A DNA stretch of 64,000 nucleotides from NCBI GenBank assembly GCA_965220745.1, contig CBDCQT010000013.1, positions 128,001 through 192,000 on the forward strand, in the 5' to 3' direction. Source of the stretch: Alphaproteobacteria bacterium (GTDB taxonomy: Bacteria > Pseudomonadota > Alphaproteobacteria > UBA828). A program made the translations under genes and the position numbers. Each line of letters opens with the position of its first letter. Within the stretch, counting starts at the first letter, position 1. Of this stretch, positions 28,935-38,589 are shown piece by piece. Under the pieces are notes generated by a model. The model was not told the origin of the DNA and ran no database searches. It saw only the letters and a program-made list of their open reading frames with translations.

Positions 28935-30677
28935 TCAGCGGGGCTTGGCGCGGAGCGCGGCGGTGGCGGCTTGGTCGACCGCGCCGTCGACGGCGATGAT
29001 GACTCCGTACTGATCCCGCGCGCGCTCGGCCGAGATGTAGCCGTCGGCGACGTCGGCGGCGACCGCCTCTGCCGGGCGGGTGAAGGGATCGCCGAAGCCG
29101 CCGCCGCCGCCGGTCACCACGGCGACGCGGTCGCCCTCGCTCAGCGCCTCATAGGGGATGCGCGCGACCCGCTTGACCGAGCCGTTGCTCTCGATCCGCA
29201 TGTAGTTGTTGGAGCCTTCGCCGCCGCCCTCAAGGCCCCAGGGGCGCTCGATGGAGCGGCCGATGCTGCAATAGGTGTGCGCGTCCGCGCCGGCCACCTC
29301 GAACTCGCGGACCACGCCGAAGCCGCCACGGTGGCGGCCGGCGCCGGCGCCGTCCTCGACGTTGAGGGCGTAGCGGCGGATGGCGAGGGGGAACTTGGCC
29401 TCGAAGAGCTCGACCGAATAGTTGTAAGTGTCGCCGTCGGTGGTGGCGATCAGCGCGCTGGTGCCGTCGCCCGACGCGGTCGCGCCCCAGCCGCCGATCG
29501 CGGGCTCGATGTGGACGTAGACCTCGCCGCTCTCCGGGTCGCGGCCGTAGAAGTATGTGCCGGCGAGGCTCATGTAGGAGCCGGCGCTGAAGCGCTCCGG
29601 CGCGACTTCGGCCAGCGCCTTCCAGGCGAGCTCCGAGGCATGGGCCGAGCCTTCGTAGTACCAGCCGGTGGGCGCGGGCTTCTCGGCGGTGAACACGGTG
29701 CCGGGCGGGCAGACCAGGCTTACCGGGCGGAACCAGCCCTCGTTGGAGGGCGCCTGCGGGTCCACCAGCGACTTGAACACGGTCTTGACCGCCGAATCCA
29801 GCGCCCCGAAGGCGCAGTTGATCGGCCCCTTGACCATCGGGCTGGTGCCGGTGAAGTCGAAGGCGATGGTGTCGCCCCGGATGCGCACGACGACGGCGAC
29901 GCGAAAGCGCTCCTCGGTGATGCCGTCGCCGTCGATCCAGTCTTCCGCGGCGTAGTCGCCGTCGGGCAGCGCCGCGACCGCGGCCCGGCTCAGGCGCTCG
30001 CTGGTCTCCAGGATGCGGCCGAAGGTGGCCTTGACCGCGTGGGTGCCGTAGCGGGCGAGGACCTCGCGCAGCCGCGTTTCGGCGATGCGCACGGCGGCGA
30101 GGCCCGCGTTGAAGTCGCCCAGCGACTGCACCGGCAGGCGCACGTTCTCGCGGATCAGCGCGATCACGTCGTCGATGGTCTCGTCGTCCCGGCAGACCCG
30201 GATGCCGGGGAAGCGCACGCCCTCCTGATAGATCTCGGTGGCGGTGGGCGAGATGCTGCCGGGCACGGCGCCGCCGACCTCGCTCCAATGGGCCACGGAG
30301 ATGGCGAAGGCGAAGAGCCGGCCCTCCACGAAGATCGGCTTGATCAGCGCGATGTCGCAGCTGTGGGTGCCGCCCTCGAAGGGGTCGTTGGTCATGAAGA
30401 CGTCGCCCGGCCGCATGGTCTCGCCGTGGCGGCGCACGATCGAGCGCACTTGCGGTGCGAAGGTGCCGGTGAAGAGGGTGATGCCGTTGGTCTGCACCAC
30501 GAGCTCGCCGTCGGCATCGCAGAGGCCGCAGGCGAAGTCGAGCACCTCGTAGATCACGGGGCTCATGGAGGTCTTGGCGATGACGATGCCCATCTCGTCG
30601 GCAAGCGCGAGCAGCTTGCCGCGAATGATCTCGCGCGTGACCGGATCGGCGGCGGACTCGTTAGCGGGTGCGGTCAT
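28935..30677 (-). CDS. Hydantoinase B / oxoprolinase family subunit
   Basis: DPVTREII, NDPFEGGTH, EIYQEG, GAGRHRGG, GGGGFGDP. Confidence 0.92.
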   Translation of the reverse strand: MTAPANESAADPVTREIIRGKLLALADEMGIVIAKTSMSPVIYEVLDFACGLCDADGELVVQTNGITLFTGTFAPQVRSIVRRHGETMRPGDVFMTNDPFEGGTHSCDIALIKPIFVEGRLFAFAISVAHWSEVGGAVPGSISPTATEIYQEGVRFPGIRVCRDDETIDDVIALIRENVRLPVQSLGDFNAGLAAVRIAETRLREVLARYGTHAVKATFGRILETSERLSRAAVAALPDGDYAAEDWIDGDGITEERFRVAVVVRIRGDTIAFDFTGTSPMVKGPINCAFGALDSAVKTVFKSLVDPQAPSNEGWFRPVSLVCPPGTVFTAEKPAPTGWYYEGSAHASELAWKALAEVAPERFSAGSYMSLAGTYFYGRDPESGEVYVHIEPAIGGWGATASGDGTSALIATTDGDTYNYSVELFEAKFPLAIRRYALNVEDGAGAGRHRGGFGVVREFEVAGADAHTYCSIGRSIERPWGLEGGGEGSNNYMRIESNGSVKRVARIPYEALSEGDRVAVVTGGGGGFGDPFTRPAEAVAADVADGYISAERARDQYGVIIAVDGAVDQAATAALRAKPR

Positions 30678-30834
30678 GGTCCCTCCCGGCGCGGGATTGT
30701 TCCCGAGGCTCAGGTATCGCGCAAGCGGGCGGGTCCGTCCGCGCCGGGCAGGAGACCCCGCACCATGGTGCGGTGGCGGCGGCGACAGCCGGGCATCACG
30801 ATGCGCCGTTTCGTCCGATACGAAAGGAGTCATC

Positions 30835-31707
30835 GTGGCCACACAGCGACAGATCGAAGCCAACCGCCGAAACGCCCAGTCGAGCACCGGCCCGAAGACC
30901 GAGGCCGGCAAGGCCGCGTCGTCGGCAAACGCGCTCAGCCACGGCCTTACGGCCGCCGACAACGTGGTGCTGCCGGAGGAAAACCCCGATGAATTCGAGC
31001 GGCTCAGGGAGGGCGTGATCGCCGACCTCCAGCCGGCGGGCGCGCTGCAGGAGGCACTGGCGCATCGCGTCGCCGTGCTGCTCTGGCGACTCGACCGCGT
31101 CGCCCGGTTCGAAGCCGGGCTCTTCGTTCACGGCCAACTCACCGTGATACGCGACAGGGTGGGCGACCCGTTTCGTTCTTCAAGCATCTTGCAGGGTCTC
31201 GCCGACCTGCCGAAGGAGGTCACGCAGCTGCAGGAGAAGTGTGCACGGTTCAAGCGCAGGATCGACGAGGACATCCAGGCCCAGGCACCCTCCGCTCAGG
31301 TGCTGGTGGAGCGGCGCCAGAGTGCGCGCGCCTTCGACCAGATTGCGCGCCACGAGGCGATGCTGCAGCGGTCGCTGAACCGGACGCTGGACGAGTTTCG
31401 CCGCTTGCGCGACGCATCGGCTGCGGCAGCCGGATCGAAGGCGCCGCCGCCGGCCGCGCCGGCCGATCCCGACCCTGCGCCGGCTCGCGACGTTCCCCCG
31501 CCCGCGTCTGCGGGCCCGCAGCCCGATAGCGGCGAGGCCCAAGGCGAGGCCGGGCGCACGGGCGAAAAAGCGTTTTTGCAAAACGAAGCCAATTCAGCGC
31601 AAACGCCTGACCTGGAAGCCGATTCGAAAGCCGGTACGGAATCGCCGCAGGCCGGGACCGGAGGGCCGCCACTCCCAAGAACGGAACTCGCGCCAGGGCA
31701 CGATTAG
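30835..31707 (+). CDS. Uncharacterised protein with 'QIEANRRNAQSSTGPKT..GK..S..NA..HGL' N-terminus
   Basis: GTG after AAAGGAG; conserved-looking basic N-terminus, helical core, Pro/Ala-rich tail with LQNEAN. Confidence 0.75.
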   Translation: MATQRQIEANRRNAQSSTGPKTEAGKAASSANALSHGLTAADNVVLPEENPDEFERLREGVIADLQPAGALQEALAHRVAVLLWRLDRVARFEAGLFVHGQLTVIRDRVGDPFRSSSILQGLADLPKEVTQLQEKCARFKRRIDEDIQAQAPSAQVLVERRQSARAFDQIARHEAMLQRSLNRTLDEFRRLRDASAAAAGSKAPPPAAPADPDPAPARDVPPPASAGPQPDSGEAQGEAGRTGEKAFLQNEANSAQTPDLEADSKAGTESPQAGTGGPPLPRTELAPGHD

Positions 31708-31738
31708 ACCTTACCTGATCGCTGCAGCCCGAAGAGCG

Positions 31739-31830
31739 CCCACCTCCCGCTGTCCCCTCCTAAACTTGTACGTTTCCCTCAGTCGGCGGGCGCTCGCATC
31801 ACGCGCCCGCGCGCGTGTGGCCGCGCGACG
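31739..31830. repeat. Left part of REP-like element interrupted by the IS
   Basis: CCCACCTCCCGCTGTCCCCTCC pairs with GGAGGGGGGACAGGGGGAGGTGGG near 33400-33422; inner TTCCCTCAG..GGGCGCTCGC. Confidence 0.75.
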
Positions 31831-31904
31831 CTCTGATGTCCTTCGTCAAGCAAGAGTTCGAACGGACCTATCAAGCGCCAAGCGGCGCCTGAGTTTCGCA
31901 AGTC

Positions 31905-32089
31905 GCGCGCATAGCGGTGGGAACGCGGCCCAGGACGTTGGTGAACAAGCTCTGATGCGCGGGTCGAGACCGCATGTCCGTGTCTGCGTCCGGGGCTGGT
32001 CCTGTCTCGCATCGGGCGTCGGCGATGCCGGCCACAAAGCGTCGTCGGGAGTTCCCCCGTCGTTGCCGCGTCCCCGCCGCTATGCGCGC
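31905..32089 (-). ncRNA. Predicted bridge/seek RNA of the IS110 element
   Basis: 25-bp closing stem 31905-31929/32065-32089 enclosing four segments that match target and donor flanks. Confidence 0.75.
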
Positions 32090-32113
32090 TATGGGCGATC
32101 GCTCTCCCTCGGA

Positions 32114-33226
32114 TCAGTTCGCCGCAGGCTCCATGCGCGCGATCGCCCACATGAAGCCGACCAGCTCACGGGCCACGGCGGTGACCGCGACCGTGCTGCG
32201 CTTTCCTCGTGCGCACAGCGCGCGGTAGCGCCTGGTCAGGCGCGCCTGTGCTTTCCATGCCACCTCCTGGACGTCCTGCGGCAGATGTCTCGTCGCGAAG
32301 TATTTCTTCCTTCCCACCGCCGCAGGATGGCGGTAGGCCCAGGCGCTCTCCGCCAACACGTGGCGCACCCGTGCGTTGCCGGCCCTGGTGATGCCGCCGC
32401 GCCGAACGCTCTCGCCCGTCGAGCGCTCACAGGGCACGAGGCCGAGATAAGCCATCAGCCGCCGAGGATGCTCGAAGCGACGGATGTCGCCGACCTCCAC
32501 CATGAAAGTGACCGCCGTAATCAGGCCGACCCCGCGCAGCGCCTGAAGGCGGTCCACCGCTTGAGCCAGCGGCCAGTCGAGCAGGGCGTCTTCGATCGCT
32601 CCTTCCAGCCGCGCGACGCGCTCGCGCTCCTGTCTCTCGGCCGCGATCATCTCGTGCAGCACGACTTTCTGGGCGGGCCAGTCGAAGCTGAGCTCGTGGA
32701 GCCAGGCCATGTGCCTGGGGCCCCACGCCTTCTTGCCAGCGTAGACCCTGCCATGACGCAGCAGGAAGGAGCGGATCTCCTGGCGCTTGCGGGTGCGGTC
32801 TCTCACCGCCGCCTCGCGGGCGCGCACGAGATCGCGCATCGCTTCATGGGCCTCGTCCGGTGTCCAGATCTCGGTCAGCTCGCCGGCCCGGAACAGGCGT
32901 ACCAGCTTCACGGCGTCGCGGCGGTTCGTCTTCACCCGCTCACCGGGCCGGCGCGGGATCAGGGACGGTGCGATGACGGCGCAGTCGTGTCCGAGCCCCT
33001 CGATCAGACGCTTCAGCCCGTAGCCCGTCGGGCCGGCCTCGTAGCAGAAGTGCAGCCGTGCGCCTGGCCGCTCGAGCTTGCGCACGAAACGACGGACGGC
33101 AGCCGCATCCGAGGCGATCTCGCCGAAATACCTGACCTCACCATCGCGTCCGCCTTCCGCCACCGCGACGGCGTGGCTGTCCTTCGACACGTCCAATCCG
33201 ATGAAAACCTCGCTATAGTCGACCAT
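32114..33226 (-). CDS. IS110 family transposase/recombinase
   Basis: FIGLDVSK, CYEAGPTGY, RVKTNRRDA RuvC-like domain; LRGVG, YLGLVP.ERSTG, GGITRAGN, AVARELVGF. Confidence 0.96.
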   Translation of the reverse strand: MVDYSEVFIGLDVSKDSHAVAVAEGGRDGEVRYFGEIASDAAAVRRFVRKLERPGARLHFCYEAGPTGYGLKRLIEGLGHDCAVIAPSLIPRRPGERVKTNRRDAVKLVRLFRAGELTEIWTPDEAHEAMRDLVRAREAAVRDRTRKRQEIRSFLLRHGRVYAGKKAWGPRHMAWLHELSFDWPAQKVVLHEMIAAERQERERVARLEGAIEDALLDWPLAQAVDRLQALRGVGLITAVTFMVEVGDIRRFEHPRRLMAYLGLVPCERSTGESVRRGGITRAGNARVRHVLAESAWAYRHPAAVGRKKYFATRHLPQDVQEVAWKAQARLTRRYRALCARGKRSTVAVTAVARELVGFMWAIARMEPAAN

Positions 33227-33334
33227 GGTTCGCCCTCCTGGCTTGAGGCCCTGCTCACTGAGCAACCCTCGTTGAGATCAGCCAGTGTAGGGCGAACCGC
33301 CCCGCACCAGCCGGACCAGAAGGACATACGGTCT

Positions 33335-33425
33335 CGCTTGCCTACGCGCTTACGCGCGCGGCGCAGTCGCGCCGTCCGGGCCTGCGGCCCGGCATGGCGG
33401 AGGGGGGACAGGGGGAGGTGGGGCC
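33335..33425. repeat. Right part of REP-like element interrupted by the IS
   Basis: CGCTTGCCTACGCGC..GCGCAGTCGCGC..CCGGGCCTGCGGCCCGG resembles 27804-27867; ends in G-rich outer arm. Confidence 0.75.
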
Positions 33426-33433
33426 CCGAAGGA

Positions 33434-34543
33434 TCAGCCGAGGCGTTCGTCGATCAGCCGGTTCACCTCTGTGGCGGCCTCCATCTGCACCATGTGGCCC
33501 TGGCCCTCCATCACCGTGCAGTCCACGCCGTCCGGCAGGCCGTCGGCGTGGGAGGCTGGGATGATCTGGTCGCCCGCGCCCCAGATGACGAGCGTGGGCA
33601 CACTGCCCGCCACGTCGCGCATCGCCTCGGCCTGGGCGCCGCCGGGCGCGAAGGCGTCCCGCACCGTGCTGAGCGCGGCGGTGACCCCGTCGATCCGCTT
33701 GAAGGCGAGCAGGTCGTTGATGAGCTGGCGGGTCACCAGCGCCGGGTCGCTGAACAGCTTCTCGACGTGGGGCTTGAGGTCCTTCCGGCGCTCGGCCGAG
33801 ATGAAGCCCTCCAGATAGTCCCCGTCGATGTCGCTGCCGAGGCCGGCGCTGCCGATCAGGGTGATCGATGCCACACGCTCCGGTGCCGCGCGGGCCACGG
33901 CAAGCGCGATGGCGCCGCCCATGGAGTGGCCGACGAGATGGGCCTGCTCGATTTCCAAGGCGTCGGCGAAGCCGGTGACGATATCGGCGAAGAAGCCGAT
34001 GGAGCCGTCGCCCACGTCCTTGCTGGAGCTGCCGTGCCCCGGCAGGTCGAGGGCATGGACAACCCGCTTGGCGGCGAGGGCCTCGTGGTTGAACAGCCAG
34101 TTGTTGAGGTCGCCGCCGAAGCCGTGGATCAGGATGACCGGCGTGCCGCCTTCGCCCCGCGTGAGGTAGCGGATCGTCCGCCCGGCGACTTCCACCGACT
34201 CGGTCGCCGGGCCGCCATCCTCATCGTCATCCTCGGGCGGCACGAAGTTCGCCTGAAAGTCGGTGACGAAGGCGTCGATATCGGCGTCGGCGACGCTCTC
34301 GTCGGCGACGATGCCGAGCAGGCCGCCGACCGGCAGCACGTCGCCCTCCTGGGCGACGCAGCGGCGGAGCGTGCCCGCGTCCGCCGCCTCGACCGCGCTG
34401 GAGATCTTCTCGGTCTCGATGTCGATGATCTCATCGCCCGGCGTGATCGAATCGCCCTCATCCACAAGCCATCCGGCCACCTTCCCCTCCTTCATGGAGA
34501 GGCCCCATTTGGGCATGCAAACGGTGCGGATGCCCTCGCTCAT
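33434..34543 (-). CDS. acoC: Acetoin dehydrogenase E2-type subunit (lipoyl domain + alpha/beta hydrolase)
   Basis: MPKWGLSM, IETEKI lipoyl-Lys, IHGFGGD, GHSMGG, GHMVQME. Confidence 0.92.
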   Translation of the reverse strand: MSEGIRTVCMPKWGLSMKEGKVAGWLVDEGDSITPGDEIIDIETEKISSAVEAADAGTLRRCVAQEGDVLPVGGLLGIVADESVADADIDAFVTDFQANFVPPEDDDEDGGPATESVEVAGRTIRYLTRGEGGTPVILIHGFGGDLNNWLFNHEALAAKRVVHALDLPGHGSSSKDVGDGSIGFFADIVTGFADALEIEQAHLVGHSMGGAIALAVARAAPERVASITLIGSAGLGSDIDGDYLEGFISAERRKDLKPHVEKLFSDPALVTRQLINDLLAFKRIDGVTAALSTVRDAFAPGGAQAEAMRDVAGSVPTLVIWGAGDQIIPASHADGLPDGVDCTVMEGQGHMVQMEAATEVNRLIDERLG

Positions 34544-35553
34544 TTGCTGGACTCCATCACCGCCTTCACGGCCTTCTGCACCGCCGCGGCGTCGGGGATG
34601 TAGAGATCCTCGAGCGTATCCGAGAACGGCACCGGCGTGTGCGGGGCGGTCACCTGCTTGATCGGCCCCTTGAGGGAATCGAAGGCCTTTTCGCAGACCA
34701 TCGCCGCGATGTCGGTGGCCATGTTGCAGCGCGGGTGCGCCTCGTCCAGCACCACCAGGCGGCCGGTGTTTTCCACGGTCTCGATCACGGTGTCCTCGTC
34801 GAGCGGCGAGGTCGTGCGCAGGTCGACGATCTCGCACTCGATGCCGTCGTTGGCGAGCGCGTTCGCCGCCTCAGCCGCGACATGAACCATGCGGCCCAGC
34901 GTCACGATCGAGACGTCGTCGCCCTCGCGCACGATGTTGGCCTCGCCGAAGGGGAGCGCATAGGGCTCCTCCGGCACGTCGCCTTCAAGGGTGTAGAGCC
35001 CCTTGTGCTCGCAGAAGATCACCGGGTCGTTGTCGCGGATCGCCTGGATCAGCAGCCCCTTGGCATCGTAGGGCGTCGCCGGGGTTACGACCTTGAGCCC
35101 GGGGATGTGGGTGAACACCGGATAGAGGCACTGCGAGTGCTGGGCGGCAGCGCGCAGCCCGGCGCCGTACATGGTGCGGATCACCACCGGCGTCTCGGCC
35201 TTGCCGCCGAACATGTAGCGGAACTTCGCCGCCTGGTTGAATATCTGGTCGAAGCAGACGCCCATGAAGTCGATGAACATCAACTCCGCCACCGGGCGGA
35301 GGCCCGCGGTCGCCGCGCCCACGGCGGCGCCGATGAACGCGGATTCGCTGATCGGGGTGTCCATCACCCGATCGCCGTACTTGCCGTAAAGCCCCTTGGT
35401 GATGCCGAGCGGGCCGCCCCAGGCGTCGCGCTCGCCGTCGGTGCCGAGCCCGCCGGCCACGTCCTCGCCCATGACGACGACGGTCTCGTCGCGCTCCATC
35501 TCCTGCGCGAGGGCTTCGTTGATCGCCTGCTGGTAGGTCGCTGTGCGTGCCAT
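34540..35553 (-). CDS. acoB: Acetoin dehydrogenase E1 beta
   Basis: DAWGG, DTPISE, NQAAKFRYMFGGKA, AAQHSQ. Confidence 0.93.
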   Translation of the reverse strand: MARTATYQQAINEALAQEMERDETVVVMGEDVAGGLGTDGERDAWGGPLGITKGLYGKYGDRVMDTPISESAFIGAAVGAATAGLRPVAELMFIDFMGVCFDQIFNQAAKFRYMFGGKAETPVVIRTMYGAGLRAAAQHSQCLYPVFTHIPGLKVVTPATPYDAKGLLIQAIRDNDPVIFCEHKGLYTLEGDVPEEPYALPFGEANIVREGDDVSIVTLGRMVHVAAEAANALANDGIECEIVDLRTTSPLDEDTVIETVENTGRLVVLDEAHPRCNMATDIAAMVCEKAFDSLKGPIKQVTAPHTPVPFSDTLEDLYIPDAAAVQKAVKAVMESSK

Positions 35554-35568
35554 GACTCTCTCCCTCGC

Positions 35569-36537
35569 TCAGTAGGATACGTAGACGTCGGTCAGAAGAT
35601 CGGCGGCGGTCGGCGGCGGTGCCACCTTGGCCTTGGCGACCGCGCCATCGATCTGGGCTTCGGCCTCGCCATCGATCGCATCGAGATCGGCGGCATCGAG
35701 CAGCCCGGCCTCGGTCACCCTCTCGCGGAACATCGCCAGGCAGTCGCGCGACTCGCGCAGCTTCTTGACCTCGTCGGGTCCGCGGTAGGTCTGGGCGTCG
35801 CCCTCGAAGTGCCCGTAGTAGCGGTTGAGCTTGCATTCCAGCAGGCTCGGGCCGCCGCCCTCGCGGGCGCGCTTGATAGCCTCGCCGGCGGCCTCGTAGA
35901 CCGCAAAGAAGTCGTGCCCGTCGATCACGACGCCTGGCATGTTGAAGCCGCTGGCGCGGTCGGCGGCATCGTCGCAGGCGATCGACCACTTGGACGAGGT
36001 CGATTCAGCGTAGCCATTGTTCTCGATCACGAAGATGCAGGGCAGGTTCCAGACCGAGGCCAGGTTGAGGCTCTCGAACGTGGTGCCCTGGTTGGAGCCG
36101 CCGTCGCCCACGAATGCGATGGCGACGCCGCCGGTGTCGAGCTGCTTGGCCGCGAGCCCTGCGCCGCAGATCAAGGGCGGGCCGCCGCCCACGATGCCGT
36201 TCGCGCCCATCATGCCCTTGTCGAGGTCGGCGATGTGCATGGAGCCGCCCTTGCCGGCGCAGAGGCCGTCCTTACGGCCGTAAATCTCCGCCATCATGCC
36301 GTCCACGTCGCATCCCTTGGCGATGCAGTGGCCGTGGCCGCGGTGGGTGCTGGCGATGCGGTCGCGATCGTCGAGGTGCATGCACACGCCGACGCCGCTC
36401 GCCTCCTCGCCGGCATAGAGGTGCACGAAACCCGGAATCTCGCCGGTCGCGAACTCGATGTGAAGGCGTTCCTCGAACTCGCGAATTGTGCGCATGGTTG
36501 TGTAAGCCTTCAACAATTCGTCTCTGCTGAGCTGCAT
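35569..36537 (-). CDS. acoA: Acetoin dehydrogenase E1 alpha (TPP-dependent)
   Basis: GEIPGFVHLYAGEEA, STHRGHGH, GDGGSNQG..ENN, RYYGHFEGDAQTYR. Confidence 0.93.
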   Translation of the reverse strand: MQLSRDELLKAYTTMRTIREFEERLHIEFATGEIPGFVHLYAGEEASGVGVCMHLDDRDRIASTHRGHGHCIAKGCDVDGMMAEIYGRKDGLCAGKGGSMHIADLDKGMMGANGIVGGGPPLICGAGLAAKQLDTGGVAIAFVGDGGSNQGTTFESLNLASVWNLPCIFVIENNGYAESTSSKWSIACDDAADRASGFNMPGVVIDGHDFFAVYEAAGEAIKRAREGGGPSLLECKLNRYYGHFEGDAQTYRGPDEVKKLRESRDCLAMFRERVTEAGLLDAADLDAIDGEAEAQIDGAVAKAKVAPPPTAADLLTDVYVSY

Positions 36538-36576
36538 ACCAGTGGCTCCCCTTTGCCTGCGTGGTGGCGTTCGGCC

Positions 36577-37671
<1,095 letters not shown>

Positions 37672-37707
37672 CAGTACCCCCAGACAGGCATTCGATCAGG
37701 CTCCCGC

Positions 37708-38586
37708 CTACTCTCTGACCGCGCCCATGGTCAGGCCGGCGACGAGATAGCGTCGGATCAGAAGGCCCAGGAACATCATCGGGACGGTCGTGACCACGCC
37801 TGCGGCCATGATCATGCCCCACTGAATCTTGACAGGTTGGACGAGCTCGGCCGTGGCCACCGGCAGGGTCTTGGCGCCGCCCGAGCCGATGATCGTGGCG
37901 AACAGGAAGTCGTTCCAACCGAAGAGCACGCAGAGCACAATGAAGGCGCCGAGCCCCGGTGCCACCAGTGGGATGATCAGCCTGAACGCCTGCCAGCGGG
38001 TGCAGCCGTCGCACTGCGCCGCTTCCTCGATCGCGTAGGGAACGTTGTCGAAGAAGCCTTTCAGAATCCAGATAGCGAAGGGCAGGTTGAAGGTGGTGTA
38101 GGCGAGAATCAGGCCGGGCAGGGTGCCGACCAGCCCGGACGAGCGGAAGATCACGTAGAGCGGCACCATGACCGCCACCACCGGCGCCATCCGGGTAGAG
38201 ATGATCCAGAACAGCAGGTCGCGCTTGCCGCGAAACTCGGCGCGGGAGAGCGCGTAGGCCGCCATCGAGCCGAGCGAGACGGAGACCGCCGCCGAGCCCA
38301 GCGACGCGATCAGGCTGTTGCGCAGGTAGGTGCCGAAATGCTTCTCGGTAAAGAGCTCGACGTAGTGCGTGCCGGTCGGCTTGAAGTCGAACATCACGCC
38401 GAGGTTGCCCCAATCGCCCGGCTCCGGCAGCTGGAACGCATCCAGAAGGTCCTTGAAGGACGAGACCACCATGATGAAGAGCGGCAGCACGGTCCAGACG
38501 AAGAAGAAGATCAGGAACAGGATCGAGAGACCCTGCAGAACGCTGCGAAGCGGCGAGCGATAGCGGACGATCTCGCGGGATGCCAT
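37708..38586 (-). CDS. Carbohydrate ABC transporter permease (MalG-like)
   Basis: EEAAQCDG EAA loop, WNDFL, GLTMGAV. Confidence 0.93.
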   Translation of the reverse strand: MASREIVRYRSPLRSVLQGLSILFLIFFFVWTVLPLFIMVVSSFKDLLDAFQLPEPGDWGNLGVMFDFKPTGTHYVELFTEKHFGTYLRNSLIASLGSAAVSVSLGSMAAYALSRAEFRGKRDLLFWIISTRMAPVVAVMVPLYVIFRSSGLVGTLPGLILAYTTFNLPFAIWILKGFFDNVPYAIEEAAQCDGCTRWQAFRLIIPLVAPGLGAFIVLCVLFGWNDFLFATIIGSGGAKTLPVATAELVQPVKIQWGMIMAAGVVTTVPMMFLGLLIRRYLVAGLTMGAVRE

Positions 38587-38589
38587 CGG

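Larger units (their letters stand above)
31831..33334 (-). mobile_element. Complete IS110-family (IS1111-type) insertion sequence
   Basis: Duplicated CT core (31831-32, 33333-34); sub-terminal inverted repeats ATGTCCTTC (31836) / GAAGGACAT (33319); long non-coding end downstream of the transposase. Confidence 0.88.

Noticed and set aside
31793-31797. Alternative IS left boundary using a 5-bp CTCGC duplication (31793/33333)
   Set aside because: The 31831 boundary explains the sub-terminal inverted repeats and all four guide matches; 31793 belongs to the host repeat.
21374-33425. Recurrent palindromic repeats as a possible CRISPR array
   Set aside because: Dispersed and degenerate, no regular repeat-spacer period, no cas genes.
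33434-34543. E2 subunit with a hydrolase fold instead of an acyltransferase core
   Set aside because: Already the known architecture of proteobacterial AcoC.
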